Shown: positions 10,094-24,240 of the stretch, piece by piece
How the letters are laid out: every line of letters begins with the position of its first letter
Position numbering within the stretch: the first letter of the stretch is position 1
Source: Gemmatimonadota bacterium
GTDB taxonomy: Bacteria; Gemmatimonadota; Gemmatimonadetes; Gemmatimonadales; GWC2-71-9
Assembly: GCA_039592335.1 (NCBI GenBank)
Contig: JBDHBX010000006.1
Span: forward strand, 51,479-115,478
Direction of reading: 5' to 3'
DNA: 64,000 nucleotides
Translations under genes and position numbers: made by a program
The notes under the pieces: generated by a model
What the model saw: only the letters and a program-made list of their open reading frames with translations
What the model was told of the DNA's origin: nothing
Databases searched by the model: none

Positions 10094-10805
10094 GGAAGCG
10101 GGCGACGTATGTGGGCTGTCCTTCTTCTCCGGTAAACACGATTGTGAACTTGGCGAGGAACGGCTCGTCTCCCTTACTGACCCACAGCTCGAAATCGACA
10201 CCCGGCTTTCGCACTGCCACATGATCGGTCCATGAGGTCTCTACCCAGGCTTCGCCAACCCACCACACCGACGTGACATCCTCCCCAAGCCAAAGTTCGG
10301 CTGCGTCACCTGCAAGGAGGTCCCGAAACGGCACATCGAGGTCGTACTCGCCTACGAGCCGGTCGACCATTTCAGGAATAGTGGGTGGGACATCGATCTG
10401 GCCCCAGAGGTTGGCCGGTTGCTTGAGCAACGTGAACTGGCCATCCGAGAACCAAGCCGACTCTGTGGTGCCGTCGTCATTCAGGGTCACCCAGTGGAGT
10501 TTGTCGGGCCTTCGTACTGCCAGTCGCTGGAGCAAATCAAAGTGCAGCTTCTGCCCTGTTTCTTGCACCGCTTCATAACTTACGAGTGCCTCGGCCATCA
10601 GCACCTGATGGCTTTGCATGAAGTCGATATGGCGCTGTACGATCTCGCGACCATCGGGCTCCTGCCAGTCCTCGTCTGCGAGAGCCGGTGGCGTCCAATC
10701 CATGGTCTGCTGGTCGCCTGACGGCCCACATCCGGCGGCAGCGATGATGAGGCAGGACAGGAGGGCGAGCCCACCTCTGTGTGACTTCTTCTTGAGCATG
10801 GTCAT
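10047..10805 (-). pseudogene. DUF2092-type periplasmic lipoprotein, apparently truncated at the C-terminus
   Basis: Lipobox AAGC; GQKLHF, VRRPDKL, DFELWV, QPTYVARFR, then an abrupt Arg-rich tail. Confidence 0.6.
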
Positions 10806-10927
10806 TCCCCTTCCTCGAGCAGCGCGGCACCCACTCGCCGAATGTGCACGTCCGTCACTGCCAAGCTTCCCGTATGGGATGCCAAGTTTCACCATGCGTC
10901 AGGTGAGGGTCAAGATCAGTTGGGAAA

Positions 10928-10953
10928 CGGCCAGCGCCGGTGGGCGCTGGCCG
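10928..10953 (-). terminator. Intrinsic terminator after the hydrolase gene
   Basis: Perfect 11-bp stem CGGCCAGCGCC/GGCGCTGGCCG followed by TTT on the minus strand. Confidence 0.6.
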
Positions 10954-10974
10954 AGATGGCCTGATACACGTGCG

Positions 10975-11867
10975 CTAGTGTTGGTCCGGAGCCCCGTCCA
11001 CCTCCCGCAGGAACCGCAGCACCTCGGCCGCGAACCGCTCGGGCTCGGCCCAGTTCACCACGTGCCCGCCTCCCGGGACAACAGCCTTCCGCGCGTTGGG
11101 GATGCCGTAGGTCAGCACGTCGGCGACGACCCGGAAGTACGGCATCTCGTATTGCCCGTGGATCACGAGGGTGGGCGCACGGACCATGTGGAGCTCCTCA
11201 ATGCGGGCTGGCTCCGTGAGATTCAACGGCGGGTCGGGATCGATCAGATCGAGGCCTGTATAGGGCTCCAGCAGCGCGCCCGCGGGCGCCGCCATCTGGT
11301 CGGGGCGATCCCCGAATGCTCGCGCTGCCCACATCCCGATGAGGGCCTTTAGCGAGTCGACTCCGTGGGTTCTCCCTATCACAACCCACTCGGGGATGGG
11401 AGGTGCCTCCTCGCCGGGCGGAAGTCCGAACCCCTCCGGAGGCCCCGCACCGAAGAGAACCAGCCCATCCACCATCTCGGAGTAGCGGAGCGCGAAGGTC
11501 AGTGCGACTCCTGTTCCCTGCGAATGTCCCATGATGTGGGCGCGTGGAATGTCGAGCGCCTCCAGCAACGCCTTCAGGTCGGCCGGATCGGCGGTGAGAT
11601 CTGGCTTGCCGCTGGCCTCGCCGAATCCTCTGCGGTCGTAGCGAATGACCGCGTACTGGTGTGCCAGGTGCTCCACGTCCGTATCCCAGTACCCGCGGTG
11701 CACCGCCCACCCGTGAATCAGCACCAGCGGCTTGCCGCTTCCCGTGATCTCGTAAGGAAGCGTCACGCCGTTCACCTCGGCGATTCCGGTTTGTCCTTGG
11801 AGTATGACCGGGGGAGTCAGAAGCAGACCGCTCAGCAGCAACGGACTCGATAGCTTGATGCAGACCG

Positions 11868-11871
<4 letters not shown>
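10975..11871 (-). CDS. Secreted alpha/beta hydrolase
   Basis: Signal peptide; LIHGW oxyanion motif, GHSQG nucleophile, GGGHVVN catalytic His; ATGA overlap with the kinase stop. Confidence 0.9.
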
Positions 11872-14555
<2,684 letters not shown>

Positions 14556-14625
14556 GGGCACACCGTGGAAGGAGAGCGATCGGACAAAGTACGGGTGCGA
14601 TAGGGCGAGCGCCAGCATCCAAAGG

Positions 14626-14644
14626 CCGTTAACCAAGTTAACGG
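14626..14644. promoter_or_regulatory. Palindromic operator-like site between divergent genes
   Basis: CCGTTAAC-CAA-GTTAACGG, a perfect 8-bp inverted repeat. Confidence 0.45.
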
Positions 14645-14693
14645 TCTGCGGAAGCGGTCGATTCCGTTAGATTCTGCGCAACCTCTCAGGGGA

Positions 14694-15803
14694 ATGATGA
14701 TGCCAAGCAGAATCCTCGGCGGCGCAGCGGCCCTGCTCCTCCTCGCGGCGTTGCCCACCGGGGCAGCGGCGCAGCAGACCCTGATCCTGGCGAACGGCGA
14801 CCAACTCACGGGCGCGTTGACGAGGATCGCCGACGGCCAGTGGGTGTTCACGTACGCGGGGAAGGATCTCGCGATCGCCGCGGCCGACGTGGCTTCGTTC
14901 ACGGCCCCCGACCCGGTGGGATTCCGGCTCGCCGACGGTACGCTATTGGCAGCGACGGTGACAACGGTGCCGGGCGGGCTCAGACTCCAGGCCGCCGACG
15001 GGACAAGCCGAACCGTGGCGGTCGTCGACCTCGCGGCCGCGGGCGATCCGTCCGATCTCGACGCGTTGCGCCCCATCCACGTCAGGCTATTGAGCCCGTT
15101 CTTCAAGTTCTGGCGGGTGACCACCAGCTTGGGGCTCAGCTTCAAGGACGGGAACACCGACACACGCACGGGGACGTTCTACCTGGATATGGTCCGCGCC
15201 ACGGAGCTGGACCGGTTGAGCCTGACGGCGCAGCTCAGTCAGGACCACGACCGGGTGGATAGCGACGGCGATGGCCAGCGCGACTCTTTGGTCCAGACGG
15301 AAGGGAAGTACCTCGTCGGCTTGCGGTACGACGTCTACCCGATTCCCAGGGTGTACGTCTTCGGCAACACGCGGCAGTCGCGCGACCGGTTCAAGGAGAT
15401 CGATCTGCGCTCGTTCTACACGGCGGGCGTGGGGTACCAGTTCTTCCAGCGGGACAACCTGGACCTGCGTAGCTCGGTGGGTGCGGGCGTCCGGTACGAG
15501 AAGTTCTTCCTGCAGCAGGGTACGGTGGACAGCTCGACCACCGTGCCAACCGGTTCGTTGGACGGCGCCCTCCGCGTCGCGTTGGGGCCGTTCGACTACG
15601 ATCTGCGGGCGGTCTACGCGCCGTCGCTCGACGACATCAGCGACTACCAGGTGCTGGCGCTCACCGGCCTCACGGCGAAGGTGATCGCCGGGCTGGGCTT
15701 CCGTATTCAGCTGCTGTGGGAGTACGACAACACCCCCACGGCCGGCTCCGAGAAGAACGACACGGAGCTCACGACCGCGCTCACGTACACGCTCGGCAAG
15801 TAG
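14694..15803 (+). CDS. DUF481/YdiY-like outer-membrane beta-barrel protein
   Basis: Signal peptide; LANGDQLTG N-domain; GNTDT, DRFKEIDLR, YDNTP..KNDT, terminal LTYTLGK. Confidence 0.8.
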   Translation: MMMPSRILGGAAALLLLAALPTGAAAQQTLILANGDQLTGALTRIADGQWVFTYAGKDLAIAAADVASFTAPDPVGFRLADGTLLAATVTTVPGGLRLQAADGTSRTVAVVDLAAAGDPSDLDALRPIHVRLLSPFFKFWRVTTSLGLSFKDGNTDTRTGTFYLDMVRATELDRLSLTAQLSQDHDRVDSDGDGQRDSLVQTEGKYLVGLRYDVYPIPRVYVFGNTRQSRDRFKEIDLRSFYTAGVGYQFFQRDNLDLRSSVGAGVRYEKFFLQQGTVDSSTTVPTGSLDGALRVALGPFDYDLRAVYAPSLDDISDYQVLALTGLTAKVIAGLGFRIQLLWEYDNTPTAGSEKNDTELTTALTYTLGK

Positions 15804-15815
15804 GGGTCCCTCGGG

Positions 15816-16946
15816 CTACCTGGCTGCCATGATCTGCCTCAGGAGGCCGTACAGCCCGATCCAATCCCCACGCCACCTGCTGTAGTCCACGCGGTGCACG
15901 ATCACCAAGTCGAGGTCGGTGACCACGGCGATCGTGTGTCCCGACCCTCCGAGGGCGGCGTAGAGTTCGTGACCATCCCACACCTCAGGCTTGCCGACCC
16001 ACCACATGTAGCCGTAGTCAAACCAGGTGCCGGCGTCGGAATACGCGGTGGTGCTCCGCTCGACCCAGGTCTGTGGCACGATCTGCTGGTCGCGCCACCG
16101 GCCGCCCCGCAGGAACAGCAGTCCGAACCGCGCCATGTCCCGCGCCGACATGTTGAGATGGTACGCGGGATGCTCCGACAGCTCTTCCTCGTAGTGGTAG
16201 AAGCCGTCAGGGGCGGTGAAGTCCTGCATCTGGAGCGGCACGGCGAGGCGCTGCTCCAGGGCCTCGAACGTGTCCATGCCGGTGAGCTGCGTGAGGATGG
16301 TGCCGAGGGCGTTGAAGTCCCAGTTGTTGTAGTACCAGAAGGTGCCCGGCGCGTGGCTGCCCCGCTCGGGACGGGCATCCTTCATGGACTGACTCTCGGC
16401 CGCCGCCTCGTGGTACACGCCGGAGCGCGCCTGCAGCAGCATCTCGACCGTGGCCTGCTTCTCGGCGTCGGTGAGCGACGGCGGGATGTCGTCGGTCCCG
16501 AGCTGCTCCATGGTGAGCGACAGGTCGATGTCGCCCTCGTCGTGGTAGATGCCGTACAGCGCGCTCATGAAGCTCTTGCGGACCGACTGCACCACCAGCT
16601 CGCCCCTGGCGCTACCCCAGTCCAGAACGATCGCGCCGCGATCGATGATCAGCACGTTGCCGGAGCCCAGCAGCTCGGCCTGGAGCATGGCCTCCGATAG
16701 TCGAGCGCAGTCCCATCCGAGGGAAGCGGGTGAGGGCGCCACCGCCCAGGTCTCGGCTGGGTAGCCGCTGCCGTCGCCCAGGTCCGCGGGATCGACGGGG
16801 TCCGACGGCCCGCTGCAGAGCGCGGGGCCCGCGACGCTCTCTGTTCCTCCGCACGCGGCGACCCACACCAGGGCCGCACTGCCAAGGACGGGCCAAACAT
16901 GCCCCGTCCAGCGCGAACGTCCTCGATGTGCTCTGAACATGGCCAC
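15816..16946 (-). CDS. Serine hydrolase, beta-lactamase/AmpC-like family, lipoprotein
   Basis: SVRK (SxxK), PGTFWYYNN (YxN), MSARDMARFG, YGYMWW; lipobox AAC. Confidence 0.9.
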   Translation of the reverse strand: MAMFRAHRGRSRWTGHVWPVLGSAALVWVAACGGTESVAGPALCSGPSDPVDPADLGDGSGYPAETWAVAPSPASLGWDCARLSEAMLQAELLGSGNVLIIDRGAIVLDWGSARGELVVQSVRKSFMSALYGIYHDEGDIDLSLTMEQLGTDDIPPSLTDAEKQATVEMLLQARSGVYHEAAAESQSMKDARPERGSHAPGTFWYYNNWDFNALGTILTQLTGMDTFEALEQRLAVPLQMQDFTAPDGFYHYEEELSEHPAYHLNMSARDMARFGLLFLRGGRWRDQQIVPQTWVERSTTAYSDAGTWFDYGYMWWVGKPEVWDGHELYAALGGSGHTIAVVTDLDLVIVHRVDYSRWRGDWIGLYGLLRQIMAAR

Positions 16947-16974
16947 TCCACCTCCACCCCTGTTCTATCAAATC

Positions 16975-17000
16975 TACGACGCCTGCACGCGCCAGGTTCC
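16975..17000 (-). promoter_or_regulatory. Putative ECF sigma promoter
   Basis: Minus strand GGAAC-17 nt-CGTA, about 30 nt before the serine hydrolase start. Confidence 0.45.
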
Positions 17001-17029
17001 CGATTAGATTTGGTGAGCTACGGGAGGGG

Positions 17030-18256
17030 ATGATGCACGGGTCATTGACGCCGCGGGTGTTCAGCTTTCTCGCGGGGCTGGGGATGATCGCGGCCTCGCT
17101 GCTCACCATCGAGCACTTCTTCGCCGCGAACTTCCCGGCCACCATCTGGGCCGGATCGTTCTGCGACATCGGCGCCTTCTTCAACTGCGACAGCTCGGCC
17201 TTCGCGGCCATCTCGGCGATCGGCGGCGTGCCCATCGGGTACTTCGGCGCCGTCACTGGTGCGTTGGTCTGCCTCGGCGTCGTATTCCCGTCGGAGGGGT
17301 TCGAGCGCACCAACAAGACGATCTCGCTGCTGAATGTCGTCGGAGTCGTGGTGCTGCTGGTCTACTCCGTGGCGGTCATGGGGAGTCTGTGCCTGCTGTG
17401 CGCCGGGTACTACCTCTGCTCGTTCGGCAGCTTCGTGCTGTTCTGGCGGTACGGGATCGACCGGGAGGCGCCCACGCTGGTGCAGCGCTGGCTGCGGCCC
17501 TCGGTGAAATATCTCGTGACGTTCGCGATCGTGACGCTGTGCGGTGCCGAAGGCATGGCGCTGTACCACCAGGCCAAGCGGGATGCCCAGTCGGGTGGCG
17601 TGGCGGCCCGCATCGTGGAGCAGTACTTCAGCCTTCCCGAGGTGGCGAACCCGAGCGTCATCTCTCCGTTCTGGTCCGTGCGCTCCACTGAACGGTTCGA
17701 GGATGCGCCGATCCGGGTCGTCGAGTTCGGCGACCTGCTCTGTTCCGACTGTCTCGTGCTGCACGAGCAGCTCGTGCGGCTCAAGCAGGAGTTCGCCGGG
17801 AAGCTGAACGTGGCGTTCCAGTTCTTCCCGCTCGACGCCCGGTGCAACGACGTCGTGGACAAGGATCTGCATCCGGGGGCATGCGACGTGTCCTATATGG
17901 CGGCGTACGATCCCGACAAGTTCCTGGCGATCCACGACGAGGTGTGGGCGAACTTCCAGGCGGCCAAGACGCCCGAGTGGCGAGCCGAGCTTGCGCGCCG
18001 CTATGAGGTGGAGGCGGCGCTCACCGACGCGGCGACCCGGGCGCTGGTCCACCAGATCATGAGCACCGGAGCGGAGTACGAGAAGACGTCCGAGCAGTTT
18101 GCCCACGGGATCCGGTCCACACCGACCATGATCATCAACAACCGCATGATCATCGGGACGTATCCCTACGAGCAGCTGCGCGCGATCTTCCAGGCGATCG
18201 TGGACGAGCAGGAGCGGGGTGAGGCCGGCTTCATCGAGAACTGGATCGAGCCGTAG
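17030..18256 (+). CDS. VKOR fused to a DsbA-like thioredoxin domain
   Basis: VKOR loop Cys pair (FCD...NCD) and CLLC in the TM region; thioredoxin CSDC and cis-Pro GIRSTPT. Confidence 0.88.
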   Translation: MMHGSLTPRVFSFLAGLGMIAASLLTIEHFFAANFPATIWAGSFCDIGAFFNCDSSAFAAISAIGGVPIGYFGAVTGALVCLGVVFPSEGFERTNKTISLLNVVGVVVLLVYSVAVMGSLCLLCAGYYLCSFGSFVLFWRYGIDREAPTLVQRWLRPSVKYLVTFAIVTLCGAEGMALYHQAKRDAQSGGVAARIVEQYFSLPEVANPSVISPFWSVRSTERFEDAPIRVVEFGDLLCSDCLVLHEQLVRLKQEFAGKLNVAFQFFPLDARCNDVVDKDLHPGACDVSYMAAYDPDKFLAIHDEVWANFQAAKTPEWRAELARRYEVEAALTDAATRALVHQIMSTGAEYEKTSEQFAHGIRSTPTMIINNRMIIGTYPYEQLRAIFQAIVDEQERGEAGFIENWIEP

Positions 18257-20303
18257 GGCGTGGTCGGGGAATGCCCCGTCGCAGGTGCGGGAGCTCCGCG
18301 TCACGCCCCAGCACCAGCATGACGTCGCCCAGCTGGAATACATAGTCTGCCGTCGGCGACGCATCGAGCTGCTCCTCGCCGTCGTCGGACGTGCGCTTGA
18401 CCATCAGCACGCTGACCCCGTAGTCCTGCCGGATGTTGAGTTCCCGGATCGTACGCCCGATGAACCGCGCCGGCACCCCGATCTCGGCCACCACCGTGTC
18501 GCTCGCGGCCGGCATGAGTCCCTGCGTGCCCTCCGGGGTCAGGGCCGACGCCATGCTTCCCGCCATGTCCCGCTTGAACACCTCGGTGTTGTAGCGCTCG
18601 ATGACGTCCTCCGGCCAGATCACCCCGACCAGCCGTCCGTTCTCCAGCACCGGTACCTCGCCGCGGTACAGCTCGAGGTGGCGCATCACGTCGGCCAGCG
18701 AGTCGTCGGGGCGCACCTTGGGGAAGTCGCCCTCCGCCATCACGTCCTGGGCGATGATCAAGGCAGCGAGGGCCGCCGGGTCCTGCATCATCGGCCGGAT
18801 CTGGTCGGCCGTGATCAGCCCTTCCAGCATGCGCTCCTCGTCGGTGACGAATACCGTCGAGCCGGGGTGGTCGATGAACTTGCCGACGAGGGCCACCAGG
18901 CCCTCACTGGGGGCAACCGTCATTACCTCGGATCGCATGATCTCCCGCACATACGCGTGCTGCAACACGTTGATCGCGCGGCCCTTCTGCATGTCCACGC
19001 CACGGCGCAGGAGCTTGAGCGTGTAGATGGACCCACGCTGCATGCGGGTGGCCAGCAGCGTGGCGATGATGCAGCTGATCATGAGCGGCAGGATGATCGT
19101 GTACGACCCGGTCAGCTCGAAGATGATGAGGATTGCCGTGATGGGCGCATGCGTTCCCGCCGCCACCACCGCTCCCATGCCCACCAGGGCGTACGCCCCC
19201 GGTGCCGCGGTGCTGGCGGGCCAAAGCGTGTGTACCACGGTGCCCGCTGCGCCACCCAGCATGGCGCCGATGAACAGGGATGGTGCGAAGATCCCTCCCG
19301 ACCCACCCGAGCCGATCGTGATCGAGACCGCCACGATCTTCACCACCACCAGCAGCACCATGAACTGCCACACGAGGTTGCCGTTCAGCGCCTCGTTGAT
19401 TGCCTCGTAGCCAACTCCGAAGACGTGTGGTGCCCAGATGCCGATCGCCCCGATCACCGCTCCGCCGAGCATCGCCTTGACGGCCGGGTGGACGCGGAGC
19501 TTGTCGAAGAGGTCCTCGGTGCCGTATAGGCTCCGGATGAATGCCAGCGCGACGAACCCGGCCAGAATGCCGAGGCCCGCGTAGGCGAACAGCTCGCCGG
19601 CGTGCACCAGCCGGTAGACCGGGACCTGGAACGCCGGGAAGTCGCCGAGGAAGTGCTGGCTCACCACCGTGCCGGTGACCGACGAGATGACGATGGGCGA
19701 GAACTGGCTGACCCCGAAGTCCCCCAGGATCACCTCCACGGCGAAGAGCGCGCCTGCCACGGGGGCGTTGAACGTGGCGGCAATGCCGGCGGCGGCCCCA
19801 CACCCCACGAGCGTCCGCAGGCGCCGCTGATCCACCTTGAGCCACTGCCCGATGGAGGACCCGAGGGCCGATCCGATCTGCACGATCGGACCCTCGCGCC
19901 CCACCGACCCGCCGGAGCCGATCGAGATCCCCGAGGCGAACATCTTGGCGATCACCACACGGGGGCGAATGCGGCCGCCCTTGAGCGCCACCGCCTCCAT
20001 CACCTCGGGCACGCCGTGTCCCTTGGCCTCGCGGGCAAAGCGGTAGATGATCCAGCCTACGATCAAGCCGCCCACCGCGGGAGCCGAGATCTTCCACCAG
20101 AAGGGGAGCGAGGAGAGGTACTCCAGCGTGTACTGGCCCTCGTGCCAGAACACCCGGTTCACCGCTTGGATGAGTAGCCGGAAGCCGACAGCGCAGAACC
20201 CGCCCAGCAGCCCGATGACGACGGCCACCAGCACCATGTAGATCTGCTCGGTCTGGCGGATGCCGTCGTGGAGGCTTCGCAGGCGCGTGGAGAGGCGTGT
20301 CAC
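18231..20303 (-). CDS. ClC chloride channel/antiporter with a CBS pair and C-terminal TrkA_C (RCK_C) domain
   Basis: GHGVPE, GSVGREGP, GGIFAP; two CBS repeats; IGRTIRELNIRQDYGVSVL. Confidence 0.93.
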   Translation of the reverse strand: MTRLSTRLRSLHDGIRQTEQIYMVLVAVVIGLLGGFCAVGFRLLIQAVNRVFWHEGQYTLEYLSSLPFWWKISAPAVGGLIVGWIIYRFAREAKGHGVPEVMEAVALKGGRIRPRVVIAKMFASGISIGSGGSVGREGPIVQIGSALGSSIGQWLKVDQRRLRTLVGCGAAAGIAATFNAPVAGALFAVEVILGDFGVSQFSPIVISSVTGTVVSQHFLGDFPAFQVPVYRLVHAGELFAYAGLGILAGFVALAFIRSLYGTEDLFDKLRVHPAVKAMLGGAVIGAIGIWAPHVFGVGYEAINEALNGNLVWQFMVLLVVVKIVAVSITIGSGGSGGIFAPSLFIGAMLGGAAGTVVHTLWPASTAAPGAYALVGMGAVVAAGTHAPITAILIIFELTGSYTIILPLMISCIIATLLATRMQRGSIYTLKLLRRGVDMQKGRAINVLQHAYVREIMRSEVMTVAPSEGLVALVGKFIDHPGSTVFVTDEERMLEGLITADQIRPMMQDPAALAALIIAQDVMAEGDFPKVRPDDSLADVMRHLELYRGEVPVLENGRLVGVIWPEDVIERYNTEVFKRDMAGSMASALTPEGTQGLMPAASDTVVAEIGVPARFIGRTIRELNIRQDYGVSVLMVKRTSDDGEEQLDASPTADYVFQLGDVMLVLGRDAELPHLRRGIPRPRPTARSSSR

Positions 20304-20390
20304 CTGCGCTGCAATCTAAGCGCTTCTCGCAGCGGCAACAGCAGAGGGGAGAGCTGGGGCGCGCTACCTACCGCACCGCGCGCGTCGCGG

Positions 20391-21098
20391 TCAGTTGCCC
20401 AACGGGTGCCCGGTGCTCGCCTGGAGGCGGGCCATGTCGACCTGGCCCGCGGTGAGTTGCGTGCGCTGGCCCAGTGGGCAGCCGGGTGACATGAGGTTCC
20501 CGGCGTCGGTGCAGGCGACGTGGAACAGGCTCAGGGAGTGTCCCAACTCGTGCGCCAGGATGCGCGGGCCCGAGCCGGCGAGGTCTCGCAGGCCGGTCGG
20601 GTCGACCTCGGAGCTGATCACCGCCGGGCTCACCCCGCCGCCCGAGATGTAGATCCCCCCGACCACCCCGCCGAAGTCGCGCACGAAGTACATGTCCCAC
20701 CCCCCGTCGAGCAGCTGATCTGTCGGAAGCAGTGACGCGACCAGCGCCGGCGTGAGGGGAATCTCGCCCCGCACCGCCCGCGCGAAGTCCTCCCCGTTCT
20801 GTGCCTCCTCCCGTGCGATGGACTCGATCCGCCAGACGACGTCACCCTGTTGCCAGATCTGGTTGGCGCCGTCGAAAAGGGTCTGCACCTCGCTGTCGCT
20901 GAGTGAGGTGTTGAGGGACGGGACTGCACCGTCCTCGAGCGGGTGCACACGGACGGTCAGGGTGAGTTGGCCATCGGTCCCACCCTGCGGACCGGTGCCG
21001 TCGCTGCAGGCGAAGAGGAGAAGGGCCGTGAGCGCGACCGCCCAGTAGGGGAGGCGTGCGCTGCGGATCGTACTGGGAGGTAGTGGAATGCGACCCAC
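20391..21098 (-). CDS. Zinc metallopeptidase-like lipoprotein (start uncertain)
   Basis: Lipobox LFAC; AHELGHSLSLFH and NLM Met-turn. The longer ORF to 22028 is antisense to the deaminase gene. Confidence 0.7.
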   Translation of the reverse strand: MGRIPLPPSTIRSARLPYWAVALTALLLFACSDGTGPQGGTDGQLTLTVRVHPLEDGAVPSLNTSLSDSEVQTLFDGANQIWQQGDVVWRIESIAREEAQNGEDFARAVRGEIPLTPALVASLLPTDQLLDGGWDMYFVRDFGGVVGGIYISGGGVSPAVISSEVDPTGLRDLAGSGPRILAHELGHSLSLFHVACTDAGNLMSPGCPLGQRTQLTAGQVDMARLQASTGHPLGN

Positions 21099-21128
21099 GG
21101 CCCCGAATTCCGGTGTGTGTTGCCCTAG

Positions 21129-22261
<1,133 letters not shown>

Positions 22262-22262
<1 letters not shown>

Positions 22263-23242
22263 TGCGACGCGTCAGCGTCCATGCTGAGTCCTGGCCGATC
22301 CGGGGGGTGTTCCGCATCTCCCGGGGCGCCCGGACCAAGGCCGAAGTGGTCGTCGTCGAGGTGACCGACGGCGACCACACGGGGCGCGGGGAGTGCGTCC
22401 CCTACCCGCACTACGGGGAGACGGTGGCCGGCGTCGTGGCCCAGGTCCAGGGGGTCGCCGATCCGGTGGCGGCGGGTCTCACCCGCGAGCAGCTGCTGGA
22501 GGCGCTGCTGCCTGGCGCTGCCCGCAACGCCGTGGATTGTGCCCTGTGGGACCTGGAGGCGAAGCAGCTGGGACGGCGCGTGTGGCAACTTGCCGACGTG
22601 CCGGAACCCGGTCCCCTCACCACGGCCTACACCATTAGCCTGGACGAGCCGTACAAGATGGCCGAGGCCGCCCGGGCCCAGGCACATCGTCCTCTCCTCA
22701 AGATCAAGCTCACCGGCGCCGACGACCTTGCGCGCTTGACGGCAGTGCGAGGCGCCGCTCCCGACCCTCGGATCATCGCCGATGCCAACGAGGCTTGGAC
22801 GCCGGAGGTGTTCCGCGAGGTCGCACCGGAGCTGGCGGCGCTCGGGGTGGAGATGGTGGAGCAGCCGTTTGCCGCGTCCGAAGACAGTGTGCTGGCCGAG
22901 CTCGAGCATCCCGTGCCGATCTGCGCCGACGAGTCGTGCCACACGAGTCGGGACGTGGCCGCCGTCTCGGATCGGTACGAACTTGTCAACGTGAAGCTCG
23001 ACAAGACGGGTGGGCTCACCGAGGCGCTGCGATTGGTGACGGCGGCGCAGGAGGCGGGCGTGGAGGTGATGGTGGGCTGCATGGTGGGGACGTCCCTTGG
23101 GGTGGCGCCCGCCACGCTCCTGGGTTGGGCCGCGCGCTACGTCGATCTGGATGCGCCCTTGCTGTTGGCGGAAGACCGGCCGGGTGGGCTTGAGTTCGAG
23201 GGAAGTGTGCTGCAGCCGCCGGGACCCGAGTGCTGGGGCTGA
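22262..23242 (+). CDS. Dipeptide epimerase / N-acetyl-D-Glu racemase (YcjG/DgcA, enolase superfamily)
   Basis: FRISRG, GECVPY, KIKL, DANE, EQP, DES, KLDKTGG, DLD. Confidence 0.92.
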
Positions 23243-23252
23243 GCCTGCGAGG

Positions 23253-24233
23253 CTAGATCTCCCGGGCGACGACCCGCCGCAGTGTGGCCTCGTCCACGTT
23301 CCCACCCGTGAGAATCACCGCCACGCGCTTGCCGGCGAGCTCCTCACGCAGCTTCAGCAGCCCGGCCAGGCCCGCGGCGCCGGCGGGCTCCACCAGGTTG
23401 TGCGTGGTGCGCATGACCAGGCGCATCGCCTCGGCGATCTCCCCGTCGCTCACCGTCACGAAGCCGGCGAGTCCCTCGCACAGCGTCGGCAGGGTCATCT
23501 CGTACGACGAGCGCGTGGCGATTCCGTCGGCAAAGGTGTCGGCTGCCGGTGTGGCAACCGGCCGGCCGGCCTTCCACGACTGGTAGATCGCCGCGGCACC
23601 TTCGGCCTGCACCGCGTAGACCTTCGCCTCGGGCCGCAGCCCCCGCAGCACGGCGAGGGCTCCCACGGTCTGCGAGCCGCCGCCCACCGCGATCACCATG
23701 GCATCGAGCGCCGCGTCCTGATCCAGCAGCTCTAGGGTGATCGTGCCCGCGCCCGCCAGCACGTACGGGTTGTTGGTGGAGTGCACTAGGGTGAGCCCGC
23801 GCTCCCGGACGGCCTCCTCGACGGCGGCGAGCGCCTCGTCGTAGTCGCGTCCCACCTCGACGAGCTCCGCCCCGTACCCCCGCATCGCCTCGTTCTTCTC
23901 CGGGTTGTTGCCGTGCGGCACGAAGATCGTGACCGGCGCGCCGAGTAGCGCGCCGGCCCAGGCGATCCCCTGTCCGTGGTTGCCGCGGGTGGCCCCGGTG
24001 ATGCCGCGGCCGCGCTCCGCGTCGGACAGGGCCGTGACGGCGGAGAGGCCGTTGCGGGCCTTGAACGAGTTCGTGGGGTTGTGGTTCTCGTGTTTCACCA
24101 GAACGCGGATGCCGTGTCCCACCGCCTCGTTGAGAGCGGCGTACTCGCGGGCGGCGGTCGGCACGAGGTGCCCCGCGATCCGCTCGCGCGCGGCGCGAAC
24201 GTCGGCCAGCGTGATGGGCCAGGCGTTCGTCAT
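23253..24233 (-). CDS. Threonine/serine dehydratase-racemase family PLP enzyme
   Basis: KHENHNPTNSFKARN, TRGNHGQG, VGGGS, LTGGN. Confidence 0.92.
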   Translation of the reverse strand: MTNAWPITLADVRAARERIAGHLVPTAAREYAALNEAVGHGIRVLVKHENHNPTNSFKARNGLSAVTALSDAERGRGITGATRGNHGQGIAWAGALLGAPVTIFVPHGNNPEKNEAMRGYGAELVEVGRDYDEALAAVEEAVRERGLTLVHSTNNPYVLAGAGTITLELLDQDAALDAMVIAVGGGSQTVGALAVLRGLRPEAKVYAVQAEGAAAIYQSWKAGRPVATPAADTFADGIATRSSYEMTLPTLCEGLAGFVTVSDGEIAEAMRLVMRTTHNLVEPAGAAGLAGLLKLREELAGKRVAVILTGGNVDEATLRRVVAREI

Positions 24234-24240
24234 CGTTGAC

